From the IMG/VR virus record IMGVR_UViG_3300031746_000001: a stretch of 64,000 nt of DNA; one strand, given 5' to 3'. Positions within the stretch are counted from its first letter, which is position 1; every line of letters begins with the position of its first letter. The notes under the pieces were generated by a model that was not told where the DNA came from, searched no databases, and worked only from the letters and a program-made list of their open reading frames with translations. Shown here one piece after another: positions 8,838-16,404 of this stretch. The DNA comes from a virus. Position numbers and translations under genes: made by a program.

Positions 8838-9248
8838 CTATTGTAACACATCACTACGTCCAAATACAACTACCATTGATGGGAATGGAGCTCTTCCCTT
8901 TGCGTCATTAAATCTAAGCCTTCCCTTGATAAATATTATCTCCCTGGCGTGATGTAAAATATAACGGTGAAACCATATCGTATCCGTCCTCGAGGGCAGG
9001 AGCATCACCACGAGCTTCCCGGCCTGGCCCTCCTGGTACGCCCTTGCGATCCACTTCCCGATCTCCTTGCCGTAGGGAGGGTTGACGTAGGTCCGGGATC
9101 CCCACGGCCGCTCCAAGCCTCCCGTTCCGTGCAGAGGGCAGGGATCGTCGTTGAAGCTGAACCGAGCGTCGAGCTCGCTATAGATCAACGCCGGGGTCGC
9201 CCAATGCGTGGTCGTCGTGCGGGACGTGTGCATGGCCTTCATGATCAT
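8838..9248 (-). CDS. phage DNA N6-adenine methyltransferase (Dam-type)
   Basis: WATP, DPC, VNPPYG, LLPSRTDT.WFH, GRLRF, APFPS. Confidence 0.9.
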   Translation of the reverse strand: MIMKAMHTSRTTTTHWATPALIYSELDARFSFNDDPCPLHGTGGLERPWGSRTYVNPPYGKEIGKWIARAYQEGQAGKLVVMLLPSRTDTIWFHRYILHHAREIIFIKGRLRFNDAKGRAPFPSMVVVFGRSDVLQ

Positions 9249-9252
9249 GGGA

Positions 9253-9513
9253 TTACCAAGCGGCCGGATACTGGGTAAACGCCCCGGGCATGTAATGCAC
9301 GGACCCGCTCTTCAGCACAGCCTGGATCGCCACCTCCACAGGGAACTTCGCGCCATAGGCTTTGATGAGTTCAATGTCGTCCTCCTCGTCCCCTCCGGGC
9401 ACCACTCCGATATACGCCTTCAATTGATTCGTGATCTCGTCGAGCGCGACGACGATACCGAAATGCTCAGTGGACGTCGTAAACCAAGCTACCCCTGCAG
9501 TTTTAATCGACAT
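9253..9513 (-). CDS. hypothetical protein
   Basis: GAGGGGAG SD; KAYIG...EEDD..I...GAKFP. Confidence 0.65.
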   Translation of the reverse strand: MSIKTAGVAWFTTSTEHFGIVVALDEITNQLKAYIGVVPGGDEEDDIELIKAYGAKFPVEVAIQAVLKSGSVHYMPGAFTQYPAAW

Positions 9514-9525
9514 CTCCCCTCCTAT

Positions 9526-10362
9526 TTAAGAAGGAAACTCCCGCACCCTGAATTCCTCCGGCCACTCATCCGGGTTTCCTCCCTTCCGATCCTTGCATCC
9601 CCACGCCCTAGCCAGAACCTCTCCGGCCTGCTTCATAAAGAACGGGACCCCAGCCGCCTTGCATTGGTCGAGGATCGACCTTATCCACGAGGGGTTCGTC
9701 ATTCGGGCCCCTGGACCCGACTCTCCCCCCACGATCACCCAATCGAGAGTTAAAAGCCGAGTGCCAAACGTTTTCTTAAAATAGGGCTCACAAGGAATCC
9801 CGTCTAGGGTAGTCCGTCGCTCGCACGACAGATATTCCGTTAAGTCCATCTCGCTAAGCATGGGCTCAATGCTCACCCCGTGGACGGCCGCTGGGATCTG
9901 CAGGAGAAGCGGGATCCGTTCATACGCCCGCTTCTGATTCTCCGCCGTCACGATCATCTGGACGTTCGGGAGAGGCCAGTTCTTCGACTCCCAGGTATTG
10001 AAGAACTCGAGGGCCCGCTCCGGCCTCTTGGTGAGAACCTGGAAGGTGTGTTGCTTGGCGAAGGTCATCCGGGCGAAGCAGTCACAGATAAACTTGAACG
10101 GCACCTGCGGATGAAAGAGATCGCCCATCGAGCAGACGAATATCCTTCTCGGCCTCTTCCACTTGAGGGGGATATCAAGCCTCTCCGGATGGATGACGAC
10201 ATTCTTCCCGGCATTCGCTTCGGTCCAGGGATGCTTCGTGTAGCCGTAGCGGAGAGAGTCCCGCTCGGCGTAGCAGTGCTCGCAAGCCTCGGATATTTTG
10301 GAACATCCCGAGACCCAATTCAGCGTGGCGTCCGTCCATTCGATTCCGGTTCTATCTCCCAT
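9526..10362 (-). CDS. phage Gp37/Gp68 (DUF5131) family protein
   Basis: TGIEWTD, GCSKISEACEHCYA, SMGDLFH, LTKRP, WVIVGGESG, FFMKQ. Confidence 0.9.
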   Translation of the reverse strand: MGDRTGIEWTDATLNWVSGCSKISEACEHCYAERDSLRYGYTKHPWTEANAGKNVVIHPERLDIPLKWKRPRRIFVCSMGDLFHPQVPFKFICDCFARMTFAKQHTFQVLTKRPERALEFFNTWESKNWPLPNVQMIVTAENQKRAYERIPLLLQIPAAVHGVSIEPMLSEMDLTEYLSCERRTTLDGIPCEPYFKKTFGTRLLTLDWVIVGGESGPGARMTNPSWIRSILDQCKAAGVPFFMKQAGEVLARAWGCKDRKGGNPDEWPEEFRVREFPS

Positions 10363-10693
10363 GTATGGATTCCTCCAATTCCTGTTTCTTGACAAAGTAT
10401 TCTTCCGGCGACAGAAGCTTCAAGGCCGACGGCTCCTTCTTCCAGATCTCGTTAAAGTCATCCTCCGAAAGCCTCCACAGAAGCGGAGACCTGTGACCGG
10501 AGCAGTCCAGCTTCTTTTCCTTCGAGATGAAATGCCTCACTGCAACGGCGTCCGCCTCATCGTCGGTATCCCCGAACATGGAGAACTTCACTTCGACACG
10601 TTCCCACTTCCGGCCCCTTGAATCGGCGCTCGTAACCCCGATCACATGGCCCCAGAGATTATGGCAGAGCACATAAGCCGTAAGATAAACCAT
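10352..10693 (-). CDS. hypothetical protein
   Basis: GAGGAG SD. Confidence 0.55.
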   Translation of the reverse strand: MVYLTAYVLCHNLWGHVIGVTSADSRGRKWERVEVKFSMFGDTDDEADAVAVRHFISKEKKLDCSGHRSPLLWRLSEDDFNEIWKKEPSALKLLSPEEYFVKKQELEESIHGR

Positions 10694-10701
10694 GTCTCCT
10701 C

Positions 10702-10926
10702 CTATAAAGACCCGATCACCCCGAAGGCTTCCTCCCGAAAAATTTCCACCTGATCATACCAGAATAACTTTTCCGAGGGGTAGTTATCGAGCTTGATCCA
10801 GACGAGCCCGGATTCTGCCTGATCGGTAACGTATCCTAATTCCCCCAGAAACTTCACATCTCGTTCCCCATTAACTCTCACAATCCGAACCCGTGGGCGT
10901 CGATCAAAGTGATTTCCGAATATCAT
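10702..10926 (-). CDS. SH3-like small protein with FGVxGxL tail
   Basis: RVRIV...GELGYV...VWIKLD; ends EEAFGVIGSL. Confidence 0.7.
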   Translation of the reverse strand: MIFGNHFDRRPRVRIVRVNGERDVKFLGELGYVTDQAESGLVWIKLDNYPSEKLFWYDQVEIFREEAFGVIGSL

Positions 10927-11189
10927 ATCTCGCCCTCCACTCCGAAGGGCTTCTCCTCTTCCTTCTCGAGCTGAACCTCCTCGAGGTATCTTCCAGCCCC
11001 CTTCTTGGCTTTCCCCGAGCAGTCGTGCAGGCCGAGAGACTCCTTGTCCATCTGGACCCCGTAGAGAAAATCGCTGGCCTTAACTTCCACGATCGTCCCG
11101 GCCTCATTGAGCAACCCTTCTTCTTCCTGCGTATGCTCCCAAGTCACCCTGACCCGCTGGCCGACCTTGAACTTCGGCTTCGAACTCAC
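10923..11189 (-). CDS. SH3-like small protein with FGVxGxI tail
   Basis: FKVGQRVRV...GTIVEV...YGVQMD...LHDCSG; GTG start overlaps upstream TGA; ends EEEKPFGVEGEI. Confidence 0.75.
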   Translation of the reverse strand: MSSKPKFKVGQRVRVTWEHTQEEEGLLNEAGTIVEVKASDFLYGVQMDKESLGLHDCSGKAKKGAGRYLEEVQLEKEEEKPFGVEGEI

Positions 11190-11599
11190 AGCTCCCCGAT
11201 CACTCCGAAGCCCTCCTCGTTCAGGGACGGTTTCCGAGAACGCCTTTGCTTTTCCTTCCGGGTGACCATCTGGACGGCGGCCATCGCTAGAGTCCTTACC
11301 GTGTTCCGATAATGCGCCCGGGTCACCTGATCGGATGGGTAGTAAACGGGATGATCGGACACGAGCTTGAGCTGAGACCTCCCAAGCCACAGACCACGAT
11401 CCGGAAGGCAACACCCATCACAGGTATTCAGATCCCGATGTCTCTTGTTGAACTGGACGGCGTAAGCCCCGGCATGTCCGGCCCCCTTAACGACCCCCCG
11501 AGTCCCGACCAGGAAACTATAATCGGACTGGGAATGGATCTGAAGGACTTCGACGTGGTCGCCAACCCTTAATTTCTTTCGCTGATAAATCCTAGCCAT
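11186..11599 (-). CDS. SH3-like small protein with FGVxGxL tail
   Basis: LRVGDHVEV...GTRGVV...YAVQF...LNTCDG; ends EEGFGVIGEL. Confidence 0.75.
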   Translation of the reverse strand: MARIYQRKKLRVGDHVEVLQIHSQSDYSFLVGTRGVVKGAGHAGAYAVQFNKRHRDLNTCDGCCLPDRGLWLGRSQLKLVSDHPVYYPSDQVTRAHYRNTVRTLAMAAVQMVTRKEKQRRSRKPSLNEEGFGVIGEL

Positions 11600-11707
11600 A
11601 ATAAATCTTCCTCATGAGGTTATGGGGTGAATTCCCTATCGAGAGGGACATCCACCCCATCACACCACAACCGACTCCTTTGTAAAGAACATCCATCAGA
11701 GGTTAAC

Positions 11708-11736
11708 ATTATAGCGGATTCCAAAGTAATTGTCAA
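11708..11736 (-). promoter_or_regulatory. sigma70 promoter P3 (TTGACA-17-TATAAT)
   Basis: Perfect consensus. Confidence 0.9.
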
Positions 11737-11747
11737 GAGGGTTCATT

Positions 11748-11786
11748 AAAAAGTTACCCTGGCGAATCCCGCTGGACCCGCCAGGG
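11748..11786 (-). terminator. intrinsic terminator
   Basis: CCCTGGCG/CGCCAGGG stem followed by TAACTTTTT on the minus strand, just upstream of P3. Confidence 0.55.
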
Positions 11787-11792
11787 CTTCCT

Positions 11793-12119
11793 TCATAGAA
11801 CTATTCTGTTCTCGTTGCCCCGGGTCGGGGGAGGCCGCCTGCACTTCCCGTTGGACCGATCCGGGAGACTGACCATCACGAAGGGCATGGCCACTTCAAT
11901 CAGGATGACCACCACGATCATTAGGCCCCAAGCCCACAGACCGCCCCCGATCACGGAAGCCACGCCCCCCAGACTCAGTAAAATAAGCCTCCCCCAGTCC
12001 CACGCCCTGAGCACCCGCTGGGTAGAGGCGTTTACCCCCCTTTTGAGCCTCCTGTAAGCCCACAGGCGGGCGACCGTCAGGAGCAGGATGGAACCCCCCA
12101 CCAGAACGAGCGTAAGCAC
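11793..12119 (-). CDS. small membrane protein (about 3 TM)
   Basis: Three hydrophobic stretches; AAGGAGG SD. Confidence 0.65.
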   Translation of the reverse strand: MLTLVLVGGSILLLTVARLWAYRRLKRGVNASTQRVLRAWDWGRLILLSLGGVASVIGGGLWAWGLMIVVVILIEVAMPFVMVSLPDRSNGKCRRPPPTRGNENRIVL

Positions 12120-12132
12120 CTACAGCCTCCTT

Positions 12133-12345
12133 TCAGCCCTCAACGGGCTCCCCGGATTGATCCCGGGCGGCTCTCCGAGCAATCTCCACAGACTTGGCCA
12201 CCCCAGAGAAGAGCTTGCCCTTGCTGTCCCGGTAGTCCCACTGCACCATCCTCCGGCCTGAGAACTTCGAGACGAACTCATCGTAGGCGAACTGACCGGG
12301 GGTCTTGGTCGTCGAGCATCCCTGAGAATCGTTCAGCCCCATCAC
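12133..12345 (-). CDS. hypothetical protein
   Basis: QWDYRD..GKLFSGVA motif; SD present. Confidence 0.6.
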   Translation of the reverse strand: MMGLNDSQGCSTTKTPGQFAYDEFVSKFSGRRMVQWDYRDSKGKLFSGVAKSVEIARRAARDQSGEPVEG

Positions 12346-12352
12346 ATCCTCC

Positions 12353-12580
12353 CTAATCTTTCACGTCGAGTGAGTCCCACGCCATGCTTACTTTATTCTC
12401 CGCATCTCTCAAGGCGATCCTGGCGTGTTCGAGGTGCTTACGCCAGTCCTTCTCGTGCTCGACGTAAGCCTTCCACGCCTCTCCCACTCTCCGAGAAGCT
12501 TCTCCGGATAGCCGGGAAACTTCTTCGTCAAGCCGCCAGAGGGCGTCCTTCACTTCCTGTCGTTTTTGTTCTCTCGCCAT
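12353..12580 (-). CDS. coiled-coil hypothetical protein
   Basis: AAGGAG SD; helical heptads. Confidence 0.55.
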   Translation of the reverse strand: MAREQKRQEVKDALWRLDEEVSRLSGEASRRVGEAWKAYVEHEKDWRKHLEHARIALRDAENKVSMAWDSLDVKD

Positions 12581-12602
12581 CGCATCTCCTTCAGACCGGG
12601 TA

Positions 12603-12680
12603 TTGGGGTTAGATCGCATGGCAGGACTTTGGACCTGCCTCGTGCCTTAAGTGCGGGGATGACCCCGCACCCCATCGGCT
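12603..12680 (-). ncRNA. putative structured leader RNA, copy A
   Basis: GTGCGGGG/CCCCGCAC and GCAGG/CCTGC stems then AACCCCAA; shared with copy B. Confidence 0.5.
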
Positions 12681-13077
12681 ATAGACCTTTGGCTGTGACC
12701 TTGCCGCCCTTCAGCTTGGCTTCCGCCCGAGCTTTCATGTCGGCATCGATCTGGACCTTCGGATCGGTCTTGGGCTTGGCATCCGGAGCGACATCAGCCG
12801 GGGCACGCACGGCTGGCTTCTCGGCCTTCGGATTGGCCTCCGGCTTCTTGGCTTCGGCCTTCGCTTTCGGTTGGGCCTTCGGAGCGGCCGCCTTCGGAGC
12901 GGCCTTCTTGGATCCCGGCTTGGCCACGTGCCCGCCCTTCTTGAAAGCCTTCATGATTCGCCACACCATGCCTCTCGAGATCTTCAGGTCCCGAACGATC
13001 TGGGAATCCTTCTTGCCCTCCTTGTGCAGGGCGATCACCCGATCACGGTATGCGTCTGCGGACTTCTTATTTGACAT
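12679..13077 (-). CDS. HTH DNA-binding protein with Pro/Ala/Lys-rich histone-H1-like tail
   Basis: SQIVRDLKISRGMVWRIMK followed by KAAPKA-type repeats. Confidence 0.7.
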   Translation of the reverse strand: MSNKKSADAYRDRVIALHKEGKKDSQIVRDLKISRGMVWRIMKAFKKGGHVAKPGSKKAAPKAAAPKAQPKAKAEAKKPEANPKAEKPAVRAPADVAPDAKPKTDPKVQIDADMKARAEAKLKGGKVTAKGL

Positions 13078-13113
13078 TCTGATTCACCTCCCATCATTCA
13101 CTTAGATTTAAAT

Positions 13114-13350
13114 TCACCCGATTCGTAGAGTAGCGATGATTATTATTTTATCCCCAGGATACACTTTCTTCCTTCTGGTTCTCCGCTTTCCGTTCACGTG
13201 AATTCGTAACCACTTCGTCGTGGATATTCTCGCGGCTAGGAAAACCTGTCCAACAGATTCACCACTGGATGGAACGAGCACAATCTTAGGCACGTGACCA
13301 AGACGGTAAATTATGACACGCCCCCATTCTTTCTTTTTCATATTCTCCAC
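13114..13350 (-). CDS. ubiquitin-like (ThiS/MoaD beta-grasp) protein, putative
   Basis: SVGQVF...IHVNG...VYPGDKIIII...RIG-stop pattern. Confidence 0.5.
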   Translation of the reverse strand: MENMKKKEWGRVIIYRLGHVPKIVLVPSSGESVGQVFLAARISTTKWLRIHVNGKRRTRRKKVYPGDKIIIIATLRIG

Positions 13351-13365
13351 GTCTCTCCTTTTGAT

Positions 13366-13487
13366 TTGGGGTTCGCCTGCAGGTTACTTGGGATATCCTG
13401 CGTGGCCTTAGTGCGGGGGTGGACTCTGCGTCATGGTGTCGGATACGCACACCGTCTTGCGAGGTCGCACCCCGCACCCCTCGGCTC
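13366..13487 (-). ncRNA. putative structured leader RNA, copy B
   Basis: Same two stems and AACCCCAA as copy A, with an expanded loop. Confidence 0.5.
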
Positions 13488-13913
13488 TCAGGCTACGACA
13501 ACCGTCCCCTGAATGGCCTTGACCTTGAGCTTCTTCCCGGCCTTGACCTTGAGCTCCGGCTTCTCGCTGTGACTCGTCGAAGCCGCCAGGGAAGTGGTCA
13601 GGATGATCTGCGTGGCCTCGTTGACCTTCGTGAGGGCGAGCTCGAAGGCGTCCTTATACTTGGGCGTATCCCGTGGCGTGATCGATGCCACGATCGTGAC
13701 CTCACCAACCGCCACTTCCTGGTTGGGATAGGCCATTACCTGATGGACGGTCTCGCCCCGGAACCCCTCTTCGATTTCTCCGAGCCGCTTCAGTTCGGCG
13801 TTCAGATTGCTGATGTTGGCTTTCACGGTCATCCACTCCTTGAGCGATGCCCTCAAATTGCCCTCAGCCTGAACGGGCGGCTGAATGTTGATACCGACAT
13901 CGTTCTGCTTCAT
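13488..13913 (-). CDS. hypothetical protein with N-terminal coiled coil
   Basis: Start after AAGGAG. Confidence 0.6.
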   Translation of the reverse strand: MKQNDVGINIQPPVQAEGNLRASLKEWMTVKANISNLNAELKRLGEIEEGFRGETVHQVMAYPNQEVAVGEVTIVASITPRDTPKYKDAFELALTKVNEATQIILTTSLAASTSHSEKPELKVKAGKKLKVKAIQGTVVVA

Positions 13914-13917
13914 GGCT

Positions 13918-14235
13918 TCATACTCCTTTCGTTCCGAACTCTGCATCGAGCTCCCGGACCGCCCGCTGGGATCCCGGCAGGTATCCGAACTGACCGTAGA
14001 AGGCATCCCGGAAGAGGGACATCGCCAGGGCGCTCGAGATCCGCCCGTGATCCGTCCCGTCGAACATGAGATGACCGCCCTTCACTGCGATGACCCCGTT
14101 GTAGGGCTCCTGCCCCCCGAACTCCTTGTGGGCGCCAGGGGAAGTCACGAACAGCCTGATCTCTTCGCCCTCAAGCGTCTCGAGAAGCCTCGGGGCCATC
14201 CATCTCGTAAAGTCCTTCGCTGTCTTCGGGGTCAT
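13918..14235 (-). CDS. hypothetical protein
   Basis: GAGGAG SD; ends EFGTKGV. Confidence 0.6.
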   Translation of the reverse strand: MTPKTAKDFTRWMAPRLLETLEGEEIRLFVTSPGAHKEFGGQEPYNGVIAVKGGHLMFDGTDHGRISSALAMSLFRDAFYGQFGYLPGSQRAVRELDAEFGTKGV

Positions 14236-14237
14236 GG

Positions 14238-14540
14238 CTAGCTCCTCTCTTCGCCAACGTGGATTTTGAAAGCCTTGCGGGATTTCTTCGGGGGCTTGAT
14301 GCTGGCGAGGATGGCCGGATAGATCGAATCGTTGATCCCGACATTCGGCGGAAGATGAACCGCCACGCTCATGGGCGCCCGCTTTCCGTCCTTCCTGGCT
14401 TCCCAGATAAAAACCACCGGAGCCTTGCCTTCGTCGAGCATCTCTCCCCGGCCTCTGAAAATGTCCAGGCCGGAATCGATGCCGCTCCGAAAGTCGTAAC
14501 CCACGATGGTCTGCGTCCTGCTGATCTTCACTTCTGACAT
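14238..14540 (-). CDS. hypothetical protein
   Basis: First gene after P4, AGGAGG SD. Confidence 0.65.
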   Translation of the reverse strand: MSEVKISRTQTIVGYDFRSGIDSGLDIFRGRGEMLDEGKAPVVFIWEARKDGKRAPMSVAVHLPPNVGINDSIYPAILASIKPPKKSRKAFKIHVGEERS

Positions 14541-14591
14541 CTTGCTCTCCTCCTACTTGGGGTTAGGGGATTACCTGCTTACCACGATACC

Positions 14592-14620
14592 ATTATACCT
14601 AATTCGTAATTGACAGTCAA
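14592..14620 (-). promoter_or_regulatory. sigma70 promoter P4 (TTGACT-17-TATAAT)
   Basis: Near consensus; -35 lies within the palindrome TTGACAGTCAA. Confidence 0.85.
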
Positions 14621-14725
14621 GGGCTTTGCCGAGAATTCTTTAAAATCTTTTCCTCATAGGGTATGTTCGTTCACTATCTTTCAAGGGCGTAGGAACCATG
14701 ACCCACGCCCCTGCGGATCGTAGCC

Positions 14726-15050
14726 TCACAAGCCCCCCACGACGCCGAACGGTGCGTCATCATCGGTAGGGACGGGCGATTGGGCATCCGGCCTTCGAGC
14801 TCGCACCGTAGGCCGGGGTGTAGGCCGACGCTCCGTCCTTTCCATCTCCCTCCGTAGGGACGTGCAGGGACGGATATCCCCGACCACGTGCCAGAAGCCC
14901 CGGGCATCATGCCTTGAGATCGTCCACCTCGTAACGAGCGCCTTCCGTCCGGAGGCCGTTCGGGAACTGAACCCAGCCATCCCTGCCCTGCGGTCGCACC
15001 CGCAGTTTCCGTTTCGACGGATCGTAGACGACTTCTAAGATTACGCTCAT
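14726..15050 (-). pseudogene. frameshifted small beta-barrel gene with FGVxGxL tail
   Basis: MSVILEV...KLRVR...VQFP...GARYEVDDLK stops at 14907; the +1 frame continues HDARGFWHVVGDIRP...DDDAPFGVVGGL. Confidence 0.55.
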
Positions 15051-15054
15051 GGCA

Positions 15055-15831
15055 TTACCTTAGATGGACGACCTTCGTCCGGGATCCGTCACGACCGACC
15101 ACGAAGTAGATCCCGCTGTGCTCCATCTGATCGACCCGGCGGCCCAGCAGGTCGTAAATCCCCGGCCTCAAGCCGCTGACGTGGACCGCGCTCTTAGGCT
15201 TCGCTGGGCCCTCCTCCACCCCGTTGAGCGTGAACGTCCCAGTAAGGTAAGCATCGTCCACGAAGAGGGTGTCAAAACGGGCTGTAATTTGGCATCCGAG
15301 AGTTATCGAGCTCAGCGTATCCCTCACCCGGAAGGAATCTCCTGCGGCCAGGGTAATGGTCATTAAGTCCCTATCTAGGGTATGCCAAAGCGTGTCGAAG
15401 CCTGGGATGGTGTCCCGTCGGTTCACCCTCCACGTCGTGATCCCTCCGCTATCCGCACAGAACCCCCGCACCCAGGTATACGAGGACAAGGTTATCCCCG
15501 CAGTCCAAGGCATCTTCTTGACCTTCACGTTGAGATGAACCCGATACGTTCCCGGCCCATGCACTGCGGGCACTCCCAAGATGTTCTTCGTCTGAGAAAG
15601 GTTAGAGGTTATCCCCTGAAGCATGAGGCTGTGGCTTGGCGAGACGAACCGGAGCGAGTCCGCCTTAATCAGGTAAGGGTAGCTTCCGCCCCAAACCTTC
15701 CAACCCCAAACGTACCTCACGCCGTTGTAGACGTAGGTGCTCTCCATGTCGGCGAACGTCGTGAGGGTGTCTGCCGCGAAAGCGGTTGCGCTCATCACGA
15801 GCACTGCGATCACTAACAGGAACTTCTTCAT
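15055..15831 (-). CDS. secreted protein with T9SS/Por-type C-terminal sorting domain
   Basis: Signal peptide MKKFLLVIAVLVMSATAFA; beta-sandwich body; GVEE linker then IYDLLGRRV...GIYFV...KV. Confidence 0.7.
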   Translation of the reverse strand: MKKFLLVIAVLVMSATAFAADTLTTFADMESTYVYNGVRYVWGWKVWGGSYPYLIKADSLRFVSPSHSLMLQGITSNLSQTKNILGVPAVHGPGTYRVHLNVKVKKMPWTAGITLSSYTWVRGFCADSGGITTWRVNRRDTIPGFDTLWHTLDRDLMTITLAAGDSFRVRDTLSSITLGCQITARFDTLFVDDAYLTGTFTLNGVEEGPAKPKSAVHVSGLRPGIYDLLGRRVDQMEHSGIYFVVGRDGSRTKVVHLR

Positions 15832-16112
15832 GACTGATTCTCCTCTTTTAGAATTTGCTCTACAGTTCGATCCTTGACTATCTTCGGGTCCCCGTAGGGA
15901 ATTCCGGTACGCCATTCCTTCTCAACGGTCTCTGCGGCTTTAATGAGAGCCACGTCCGTGACGGACCCACGTTCGCCTTGAATCTGGACCTCCGCCATGA
16001 GATTATCCATCGCCAGGCCGATAGCTTCCCCCGTCACGTCCTTCCCCTCCTCCACTTCGAGAGCAACGCAAACCTTGTATTCGAAGGTCACGCAAAACAG
16101 TTTGGTCATCAT
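15828..16112 (-). CDS. hypothetical protein
   Basis: AAGGAGG SD, coupled. Confidence 0.6.
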   Translation of the reverse strand: MMTKLFCVTFEYKVCVALEVEEGKDVTGEAIGLAMDNLMAEVQIQGERGSVTDVALIKAAETVEKEWRTGIPYGDPKIVKDRTVEQILKEENQS

Positions 16113-16402
16113 CCCTCCTTCCGAATCCAGGCGAAGGGTAGGCTGTAGGACGGGCTCCATTGCACCTGGACCCAGACCTTCGTTCCCTTCTTGAACTGCG
16201 GCCCGAGGCCGTGGATGCTCCCGTCGAGGAAATCATACTCACGACCGTAGCGGTCACGAACGATCTTGTGGCCGGGATAGAAGTAGGACTTCATATCGAA
16301 GGGCCCAGCCTTGCAGGAACTGGCCTTCACGACCTTGATAACCTCGCCCCGGACCTTCCGGTGCGACCCGCAGGCAGGCCGGGATAACTTTAAGTGTCTC
16401 AT
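16109..16402 (-). CDS. hypothetical protein
   Basis: Coupled ORF. Confidence 0.5.
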   Translation of the reverse strand: MRHLKLSRPACGSHRKVRGEVIKVVKASSCKAGPFDMKSYFYPGHKIVRDRYGREYDFLDGSIHGLGPQFKKGTKVWVQVQWSPSYSLPFAWIRKEG

Positions 16403-16404
16403 CT

